DNA from: an uncultured bacterium
GTDB lineage: Bacteria > GCA-001730085
Direction: 5' to 3'
Assembly: GCA_964565945.1 (NCBI GenBank)
Contig: CAZMGY010000016.1
Location: 1-17,978 of the forward strand
DNA length: 17,978 bases
In this document: positions 8,457 to 14,977 of the stretch, piece by piece
Numbering within the stretch: position 1 is the first letter of the stretch
Layout of the letters: every line of letters begins with the position of its first letter
Position numbers and translations under genes: made by a program
The notes under the pieces: model-generated
Told to the model about the DNA's origin: nothing
Database searches by the model: none
The model's input: the letters and a program-made list of their open reading frames with translations, nothing else

Positions 8457-9818
8457 ATGAAAAAATACTCTTTGATAGCTCCAGAAATTCGCGAAATACT
8501 TGCTGAGGGTGACTACGCCGACAAGATATGTGAAGGCTTTTCGGATTTGCATGCGCACGAAGTGAGCATGTCCCTTGAGGGTTTAGAGTCTGATAAGATT
8601 GTGCAAGTAATCCTTTCTTTTCCCATTTTACGCATGGTGGAGGTGTTTGAACACTTTGACGATGAAGATAAAAAAGATGTTTTTTTGTGCTTTTCAACCG
8701 AAATTCAAGTGAATGTTATTGCGGCTATGTCGCATGACGAGAGGATTGATTTGCTTAAAATCCTTCCCAAAGACTTGCAGGTTTTGATTTTAAAAAAAAT
8801 TGGTCGTAGTGAAAAAGAAGATATTGACCTGTTATTGACCTACGACGAGGGATCGGTTGGCGCTTTGGTGACCAGTGCCTTTGCCGCTGTTGCCGAGGCT
8901 GATACGGTTCAGGATGCGCTCGATCATTTGCGCAAAGATTCTGAAGAGAAAGAGACTATCTACTATATTTATGTTGTCGACCAAGATCAGCACCTTTTGG
9001 GATTGGTGTCGTTGCGGCAGTTAATTGTGGCTAAGCCATATTGTTACATTCGCGATCTAATGAACACTGATATTATCAAGGTTTGTGTCGATGATGATCA
9101 GACAGAAGTGGCCAAAATTATCAAGGATTATGATTTTTTGGCGGTGCCAGCTATTGATGAAGAAGGGCATTTGGTGGGCATTGTGACCGTGGATGATGTG
9201 GTGGACTTAGTTGTGGCCGAAGACACCGAAGATATTCTTAACCTTGGTGCGGCAGGTAAGCACGTTCCTTATCTGTCTTCATCTTCTTTTTCTGCTGCCC
9301 GTCAACGTTTGGTTTGGTTATTAATTTTGATTGGAGTAGGTTTTATTTCTGGATATGTTTTGGAAAGATATCAGGTTGTTTTGGATGCGGTTTTGCCGCT
9401 TATTTTTTTTATTCCTATGCTTTGTGCTTCGGCAGGTAATGCGGGTACGCAGTCGGCGACCGTGGTGATTCGTGAGTTGGCAACCGATGGAATTAGTTCG
9501 CATGATTTAGGAACAGTGTGGTGGAAAGAATTTCGTATTGGTCTATTAGTCGGGCTGGTGTTGGGGAGTTTAGCAGCTGTACGAGCTTTTATTATGGAGC
9601 CAGTGAGTGCTACGGGAATTAAGATGGGACTGACCGTCGGGGGAGCGATGTTTCTTGTGATTCTGATTGCCACATCTTGTGGAGCGCTCTTTCCCATTTT
9701 TTTCAAGCGGATGAATGTTGATCCCGCCCTTATGTCTGGGCCGTTGATTGCCAGTTGTGTGGATGTGTGTTGTTTATTGGCTTATCTTGAGCTAGCACGG
9801 TTTATCTTTCATTTATAA
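8457..9818 (+). CDS. mgtE: Magnesium transporter MgtE
   Basis: MgtE N-domain, then a CBS pair (HLLGLVSLRQLI ... GHLVGIVTVDDVVDL), then a 5-TM C-terminal domain with the AGNAGTQSATVVIRELA motif. Confidence 0.92.
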   Translation: MKKYSLIAPEIREILAEGDYADKICEGFSDLHAHEVSMSLEGLESDKIVQVILSFPILRMVEVFEHFDDEDKKDVFLCFSTEIQVNVIAAMSHDERIDLLKILPKDLQVLILKKIGRSEKEDIDLLLTYDEGSVGALVTSAFAAVAEADTVQDALDHLRKDSEEKETIYYIYVVDQDQHLLGLVSLRQLIVAKPYCYIRDLMNTDIIKVCVDDDQTEVAKIIKDYDFLAVPAIDEEGHLVGIVTVDDVVDLVVAEDTEDILNLGAAGKHVPYLSSSSFSAARQRLVWLLILIGVGFISGYVLERYQVVLDAVLPLIFFIPMLCASAGNAGTQSATVVIRELATDGISSHDLGTVWWKEFRIGLLVGLVLGSLAAVRAFIMEPVSATGIKMGLTVGGAMFLVILIATSCGALFPIFFKRMNVDPALMSGPLIASCVDVCCLLAYLELARFIFHL

Positions 9819-9830
9819 GTAGGTGGGGTG

Positions 9831-10718
9831 ATGCGTTTAAAAGTTCGTGGAAATGATGTCTTTGTGGTTGCTGACGAAGACAAGGAGCGTAAGAGCCTGC
9901 GCCTCAAAGGCTCTTGGAGGCTTGATGAGCAGCATCAATTATCTTACCAGGTCGAAGGTAAGGGGTTCGAATCTCTTCCGAGAATGCTCAAATTTCAAAC
10001 CGATTTGGTTTCGTTGGATCACAACGCTCTGGGTGTTTTGATTACACATAGCTCGAAGGGTTTTGCTGAGCAGACCGTGGTTTTCCAGCTGAAAGGGCAA
10101 TGGATCGTGGACCGTTATAATCGTTTGCGCTTTAAAGTGAAACGGATGAAAGGATCTTCGGATCGTTTGCGATTTGATGGGCATTGGGATCTCAATCAAG
10201 AGCATCATATTGTTTATACGGCACAGCAGACCGCAACACGTGAAAAGCAGAAACTGGTTCTTAAGGGACAATGGAAGATGTTGGATGATCGCTATTTGGC
10301 CTATTATTTTCAGCTGGGTAAACACGACCCCTTGATTATTCGCGCTTATTTGCAAACACGCCATATCCGATCCAAAAAGGATCATATTCGTTATCGATGG
10401 GGTGTAGGGTTTCATAAATCCAAACGATCTTATCGCAAAATATCGTTTTGGGGCTTGTGGAAAGTGTCGCATGATTTGGACGTTCAATTCTCCTTGGACC
10501 AGAACCGTGCGGGTTGGACCTATCGCTTTACCGTTAAAGCTCTTGCCTGGACGGGAGGTCGTTGGATGCTGAGTTTAAAGCATACACAACGCAGTCGATC
10601 GACGTTACAGCTTCGCTTAGATCAATCGTTTTTTCAATCTTCGAAAGCTTTTGTTGCCTGGACGAAACATATGCAAGAATCTTGGGGGGTTCGGGCAGGC
10701 ATTACTATAGCCTTCTAA
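9831..10718 (+). CDS. Hypothetical basic protein with about 5 internal beta-strand-like repeats and a C-terminal Phe
   Basis: ATG 9831 (GTG at 9828 is also possible) follows GGTGGGG. Recurrent motif: SLRLKGSWRLDEQHQLSY / VFQLKGQWIVDRYNRLRF / RLRFDGHWDLNQEHHIVY / KLVLKGQWKMLDDRYLAY / KISFWGLWKVSHDLDVQF. Ends GVRAGITIAF. No N-terminal signal peptide seen. Confidence 0.65.
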   Translation: MRLKVRGNDVFVVADEDKERKSLRLKGSWRLDEQHQLSYQVEGKGFESLPRMLKFQTDLVSLDHNALGVLITHSSKGFAEQTVVFQLKGQWIVDRYNRLRFKVKRMKGSSDRLRFDGHWDLNQEHHIVYTAQQTATREKQKLVLKGQWKMLDDRYLAYYFQLGKHDPLIIRAYLQTRHIRSKKDHIRYRWGVGFHKSKRSYRKISFWGLWKVSHDLDVQFSLDQNRAGWTYRFTVKALAWTGGRWMLSLKHTQRSRSTLQLRLDQSFFQSSKAFVAWTKHMQESWGVRAGITIAF

Positions 10719-10810
10719 TAGATGTTATAGTGTTTTTTTATGTAATGAGATGTATTTATTTGTTTTAATGTTTTTTAGACAGAATCATAGATAAATTTAT
10801 AAAACATTAA

Positions 10811-10839
10811 TTGATAACTTGTTTTATCTGTGATATACT
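10811..10839 (+). promoter_or_regulatory. Putative sigma70-like promoter with extended -10 for the 10939 gene
   Basis: TTGATA (10811-10816), 17-nt spacer ending in TGa, TATACT (10834-10839). It sits in a 220-nt AT-rich intergenic region about 100 nt upstream of ATG 10939. Confidence 0.45.
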
Positions 10840-10938
10840 TGGCTTGAGGTGTGAGGATTGTTATTTTTTGTAATGAATGTCGATTCTCATCAATATTTAA
10901 AGACGGAACCAAAGGGTATGAAAGTTTAGATTTTTGTC

Positions 10939-13596
10939 ATGATATTTCGAATCATTTCACTCGTTGTTGTGCAGATTTTTTTATTCACTGGTTTTTCTTT
11001 TGAGCTAAGCCATGCCTTGGCGCCCACGTCTAACATTCCTGATCAAGACGAGGTTCGCCTTAGTGTTGAGAACATGGAGCAATCTACTATTGCCGACCAA
11101 CAAAAATTGGGTGCGACGGATCGGGGGCAAGAAGATAGCAAGAAAGGCAAGATGTCTAAGCTTGAGGGAAAATCTGGAGAGAGGGCGGAGACAGCTTCTC
11201 TTAGTAGCGATCAAGTTCCTTGGTACAAACGCAATATACGTTCAATCATTTTTATTGTGTCGATGGGTGTAATTGTACTTATTTCTCTTGGACTTGCGGT
11301 GGCGGGTATTTTGGAAGGTTTGACCGTGGCTGGCCTGGTTATTGGTTTTGTTGCTCTAGGTATTGTGGCTTTGTACTTCCTATATCGAGGATGGAATTGG
11401 ATAGGGAAGCATCCTCGAGTGCGGTTTGCTTTATTGCTTACTGTTGTCTTAGCCGTTGCATGCTTGGGGCTTGTATCTGTGTTAGGATTTTTGATAACGG
11501 TCACTGGAGGTACCATCTTGCTTGTGTTGGCGGGTCTGTTGTTCATTTTTGCGATTGTGAAGCATCCTTTCGGTAAGGAAGATAGCGAAGATGTGGAAAA
11601 AAATGTCGAAGACGGTAAGACAAATTTATCCAAGACAAATTTATCCAAGACAGATTCATCCGAGACAGATTCATCTGGGACAGATTTATCCGAGACAGAT
11701 TTATCCGAGGATACAGATGCTTCTCAACCTAATGTCGATGAGAAGAAACAAAGAGAAAAAATGGAACAGGAGCGTAGGGAAGAGGAAGAGGAAGAGGCAC
11801 GAAGCACTAAAGATAAGTTTTTCGCTATTGTGAATCGAATGCAGAAGGCGCTCGACACAGGCAACAATCAAGAAGTTATTAACATTAATAAAAACTTTAC
11901 GGAAGTGCTAAAGAATTTTAAGGGTGATTTTGACATAAATGGCCTAGAGAAAAAAGCTCAAAAAATTGTTCAACAGGCAGAAACAAATCTGCAAAAGTTC
12001 ACACAAGAAAAACGGGAACATGCAGAACAGCATGACTTGCTCTTCAATGTTATACCGACGGGTCAAAAGAAGGTTCCATTTAAGATTTCTGTTAGAGTAG
12101 CTGATTCGGTGACATATGAGGACTTGCAAAAGGCTCTTCTTGCTGCTGTGCGCCAGATTAAATATGACGGAGATGTTCTTACTAATCTACAAAACTGGAA
12201 TTTTCCTTTTAAAATTAAACTTGGAGATAAAGTTTTAAATAGGAGTAACTATAGAGATATTTTCTTGCCTCAAAACAGAGGTGTTTCGTTAAGCCTCTTG
12301 GCTCAGCAGGATGATCTTCAATTAGGGTTGTCAGGTTCTGCTGTTCAAGACGAAGACCCCATTCGACAACGACAAACTCAGGAAGAAAATTTTTCGAATT
12401 ATCTTACGAGCTTGGCTAGCGCTTATTATGAAAAAGATGGTAGTGTGAGAACGCGCCGTTTTGAGGATCAACCTGTTGAAAGTGTTGATTTAAAACAGTA
12501 TGAGTTAACGGAAGGTCAAAATTTTGCTTCAAATTTTGGTGCACTTGAGTTGGAGAAGCGTAGCGAGAATGGCAAACAGGGTGCTGCTCAGAATGCTGAA
12601 CAAGGAGGAGGAGCTGAGGTATGGAAGCCCCTATCTGCCCTACCTTCCCTATCTAACAGAGGTGGCGAGGATAATGTTGGCGAAATTGGATATATCACAA
12701 ATAGCACAACGATCCCTCAGAATGCTGAACAAGGAGGAGGAGTTGAGACATGGGAGTCGTCCCTACCTGACCTAGCTGCCCTATCTGACAGAAGTGGCGA
12801 GGATAGTGTTGGCGAAATTGGATATAGCGCAAATAGCACAACGATCTCTCAGAATTCTGAACAAGAAGAAGGGGTGTGGGAGCACCTATCTGTCGCAAAT
12901 AGCAACAAGAACATTCAGCAGAATACTGAGGGGATGATGCTTTTGCAGTCACCGGGAAGTACACAACAAGAATTTTATCGCATAGAAGTGGAACCGTCTT
13001 TGGTGCCAGGGTTGAAAGCTAAGGCCAAAGTTAAAGAAATTTCTGGAGTGGGTTTACATTTTGCTGATCAACGGACAATTGCTTCTAATAGTGGAAATGA
13101 TGTTTTCTTAGATCGAGGGACTGTTGAACAATTACATCAACAAGCTGCTACAGGTCGACAAACATGGGCCCAAAATGGTGCTCAAATGCTTTATGTTTTT
13201 GAAGCGCAGCAAATACATTTACGCCAGCAACGCAAGTTTCTTTATCGTAAGGCGGCGGAAGGTAAAGCTGATATTCAGTTGGAAGCCGATACTATTATTG
13301 CTATGGCTCTTAGACATGATGTTACTTATGTGCAAGAGTACATTCATATGCTCGAGTTCTTGGCTGGTTTAGGGAGCACAGCTGAGTATGATCGTTCAAA
13401 CTTAGAGCGAGTTAAAAAGGTTTTTGAATTGGTCAAAGATAACATTTCTAAGCTTAAGGCTCTTCAAAAAAATGGTATGCTTAACGAGTCTTCTGACGAA
13501 AGTTTATTGTCTCAACTTGAGCTTTCTAAAGATGTCGTTGCAGAAAAACTAGCCAATGTCTTTACCGAAAATATCAAGGCTTTGGTTTCTGCTTAA
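10939..13596 (+). CDS. Large membrane protein with two bilobed hydrophobic hairpins, candidate inclusion-membrane (Inc)-like effector (885 aa)
   Basis: ATG 10939 is the first start after an in-frame TAG at 10927. It has an N-terminal hydrophobic leader, four TM helices in two tight pairs (aa ~101-149 and ~162-207), a charged coiled-coil-like stretch (EKKQREKMEQERREEEEEEAR), and two in-frame repeat arrays. Stop TAA at 13594-13596. Confidence 0.8.
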   Translation: MIFRIISLVVVQIFLFTGFSFELSHALAPTSNIPDQDEVRLSVENMEQSTIADQQKLGATDRGQEDSKKGKMSKLEGKSGERAETASLSSDQVPWYKRNIRSIIFIVSMGVIVLISLGLAVAGILEGLTVAGLVIGFVALGIVALYFLYRGWNWIGKHPRVRFALLLTVVLAVACLGLVSVLGFLITVTGGTILLVLAGLLFIFAIVKHPFGKEDSEDVEKNVEDGKTNLSKTNLSKTDSSETDSSGTDLSETDLSEDTDASQPNVDEKKQREKMEQERREEEEEEARSTKDKFFAIVNRMQKALDTGNNQEVININKNFTEVLKNFKGDFDINGLEKKAQKIVQQAETNLQKFTQEKREHAEQHDLLFNVIPTGQKKVPFKISVRVADSVTYEDLQKALLAAVRQIKYDGDVLTNLQNWNFPFKIKLGDKVLNRSNYRDIFLPQNRGVSLSLLAQQDDLQLGLSGSAVQDEDPIRQRQTQEENFSNYLTSLASAYYEKDGSVRTRRFEDQPVESVDLKQYELTEGQNFASNFGALELEKRSENGKQGAAQNAEQGGGAEVWKPLSALPSLSNRGGEDNVGEIGYITNSTTIPQNAEQGGGVETWESSLPDLAALSDRSGEDSVGEIGYSANSTTISQNSEQEEGVWEHLSVANSNKNIQQNTEGMMLLQSPGSTQQEFYRIEVEPSLVPGLKAKAKVKEISGVGLHFADQRTIASNSGNDVFLDRGTVEQLHQQAATGRQTWAQNGAQMLYVFEAQQIHLRQQRKFLYRKAAEGKADIQLEADTIIAMALRHDVTYVQEYIHMLEFLAGLGSTAEYDRSNLERVKKVFELVKDNISKLKALQKNGMLNESSDESLLSQLELSKDVVAEKLANVFTENIKALVSA
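11239..11559 (+). other. Two consecutive bilobed hydrophobic domains (4 predicted TM helices)
   Basis: Pair 1: RSIIFIVSMGVIVLISLGLAVAGIL-EG-LTVAGLVIGFVALGIVALYFLY. Linker: RGWNWIGKHPRVR. Pair 2: FALLLTVVLAVACLGLVSVLGFLI-TVTGG-TILLVLAGLLFIFAIV. Very short intra-pair loops are the hallmark of chlamydial Inc proteins. Confidence 0.7.
11617..11706 (+). repeat. Six tandem 15-nt (pentapeptide) repeats, in frame
   Basis: aagacaaatttatcc x2, aagacagattcatcc, gagacagattcatct, gggacagatttatcc, gagacagatttatcc. These encode KTNLS KTNLS KTDSS ETDSS GTDLS ETDLS. Confidence 0.9.
12589..12905 (+). repeat. In-frame tandem repeat of 129/132 nt (43-44 aa), about 2.4 copies
   Basis: Unit starts (cagaatgctgaacaaggaggagga / cagaattctgaacaagaagaagg) are at 12589, 12718 and 12850. 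Peptides: QNAEQGGGAEVWKPLSALPSLSNRGGEDNVGEIGYITNSTTIP / QNAEQGGGVETWESSLPDLAALSDRSGEDSVGEIGYSANSTTIS / QNSEQEEGVWEHLSVANSN. Confidence 0.85.
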
Positions 13597-13613
13597 TCAC
13601 TTGATTTTCATCT

Positions 13614-14666
13614 TTAGGGCTTAATGATTTTGTTGCGCAATTTGCGATAGATATATTTGATCCAGCCATTGTTCCAAAAAAACAAGCTGCTCAAATAAAT
13701 CACCCGAGACACTGTGTGGCGTGTAATCTTAATGGATTTATGACCTGTGACAAGGTTGCGGTTATCTTTAGCAACCACTAACGTTTCCATGGCAAATAAT
13801 AAGGGCCACAAGCAAAACAAGCGCATCCGCATCTCTTTACGCGGAATCAGAAGGGTGTAAGCCAAAGCATCGTCCAAATGAGACACCGCTTTTTCTACCA
13901 GATCGTTGAGAGCCATCATAGCTTGCTCATTGTGGGCATCTTCGAAAAAAGACTTAATCGGTAGACCGTAGCGATTGGCTAGTTCAACGGGAATATAACA
14001 CCAGCCACGTTTATAATCTTTGTGACTGTCTTTAATGATGTTAGTGATTTGAAGTCCAAGTCCAAACGCAACCTCTTTGTTTTGCATTTCGAATTGTAAC
14101 TGTGTGGGAATATTTTTAGAATAAGCGGCAAAGAGTCGCGTGAGAAGTTTACCTACGGTTCCAGCGACATAATAGCAGTAATTATCCAAGTCTTTGAAGG
14201 TGATAATGCTAAAACTTTTGTCTTTTTGTTCTTGAATGGCGGCGATCATGCCTTGGCACATTTCTTGCACACAATCACGAATGGCTTGGCGGAATTCGAG
14301 GCGCAAGTTGAGGTAATTGATAAACACCTTCTCACAATTGAGAATGAGATGGTAGTAAGGGTGGAGTTGCTCTTTAAAGCGAAAGGGTTCTTTTAATTGT
14401 TCCATTTGGTAATTTTGGATAACGTCGTGGTTAAATAGAAATGAAAAATTTTGAAGAAGTTGAATTTTGAGCGTATCTTCGAGGGAGGCGCTGTCTTCAA
14501 AGGTATCGGCAATACGACACATGAGGTATCCACATAGAACCGCCCGATACAATTCGCCATGCAAGACATTGATATTAAGCGCAAAGGTGCGTGAAACTTT
14601 AGGCAAAATACGTTTGCAATAATTATTGGCTTCGCTTAATGTGTGTGAAGAAATTGTCTCATCCAT
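13614..14666 (-). CDS. Squalene synthase-like enzyme (squalene/phytoene synthase family, eukaryote-type architecture)
   Basis: Family motifs: SRTFALNINVL...YLMCRIADTFEDS (first Asp-rich motif), YCYYVAGTVGKLLTRLF, GLGLQITNIIKDSHKDYKRGWCYIP (second Asp-rich region), and RLFCLWPLLFAMETLVVAKDN...IKITRH. From memory, the last parallels the FCAIPQVMAIATLAACYNN...VKIRKG segment of eukaryotic FDFT1. The start is ambiguous: ATG 14666 (MDETISS) or upstream TTG 14699 as in the ORF track. Confidence 0.8.
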   Translation of the reverse strand: MDETISSHTLSEANNYCKRILPKVSRTFALNINVLHGELYRAVLCGYLMCRIADTFEDSASLEDTLKIQLLQNFSFLFNHDVIQNYQMEQLKEPFRFKEQLHPYYHLILNCEKVFINYLNLRLEFRQAIRDCVQEMCQGMIAAIQEQKDKSFSIITFKDLDNYCYYVAGTVGKLLTRLFAAYSKNIPTQLQFEMQNKEVAFGLGLQITNIIKDSHKDYKRGWCYIPVELANRYGLPIKSFFEDAHNEQAMMALNDLVEKAVSHLDDALAYTLLIPRKEMRMRLFCLWPLLFAMETLVVAKDNRNLVTGHKSIKITRHTVSRVIYLSSLFFWNNGWIKYIYRKLRNKIIKP

Positions 14667-14711
14667 ATCCTTAGTATGATACTCATAATTGCTCGGCAAA
14701 TCAAATTTTAG

Positions 14712-14861
14712 ATAATGGGAGGATTAGCAAATGAGCTGCGCTATCTCCGGATTGAGGACGTGGACTTTGAGAACGATATGATTTACGTGTGAACTAGGGC
14801 AGATTGGTCAGCAAAGTCTGACAAAAATTAAGCGATTAACCTGGTGATGTTGGAGGGGTGA
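14712..14861 (+). pseudogene. Decayed fragment of a tyrosine recombinase / phage-type integrase
   Basis: One frame reads I-MGGLANELRYLRIEDVDFENDMIYV*TRADWSAKSDKN*AINLVMLEG*. The first part matches the integrase pattern ..TGLR.sEL..Lrw.DiDfe...i.V, and the next resembles ..K(T/S)xK.R.i.L. There are in-frame stops at 14790, 14829 and 14859, and no catalytic C-terminal part is present. Confidence 0.4.
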
Positions 14862-14896
14862 AGTTTTAAATAACAGGAGTTTTTGTAAGAGTTTTA

Positions 14897-14925
14897 TTGA
14901 CAGGTACTTTATTTTATGCTATATA
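14897..14925 (+). promoter_or_regulatory. Near-consensus sigma70-like promoter with extended -10 for the tandem-PTP gene
   Basis: TTGACA (14897-14902), a 17-nt spacer ending in TGc, TATATA (14920-14925). It lies about 52 nt upstream of ATG 14978, which is preceded by a strong SD AAGGGGAGGA (14963-14972). Confidence 0.5.
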
Positions 14926-14977
14926 AACGTCTTAAGAAAGTATTGATAAATAATGAGAAAATAAGGGGAGGATTAAT

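Noticed and set aside
10873-10929. 18-codon upstream ORF (MNVDSHQYLKTEPKGMKV*) in the 5' leader of the Inc-like gene, in the same frame and ending 9 nt before ATG 10939
   Set aside because: It has no convincing SD, no recognisable leader-peptide logic and no conservation data. It could be chance in AT-rich sequence. It is worth revisiting only if resequencing removes the TAG at 10927, which would extend the N-terminus.
12040-12310. Ubiquitin-like/PB1-like beta-grasp impression in the Inc-like protein (VPFKISVRVADSVTYEDLQKALLAAVRQ...FKIKLGDKVLN)
   Set aside because: This rests only on a beta-alpha-beta hydrophobicity pattern with no diagnostic residues. It cannot be supported without profile or structure prediction.
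13000-13596. Possible distant homology of the Inc-like protein C-terminus to the family tail module (ASNSGNDVFLDRGTVEQLH..GRQTW vs SANSKVFMMDNLSNLGKVH..GRWVPF; both proteins end in ..L(V/-)SA)
   Set aside because: The alignment is short, gapped and of low identity, so I cannot tell it from chance by eye. It is left as a question for an HMM-HMM comparison rather than a claim.
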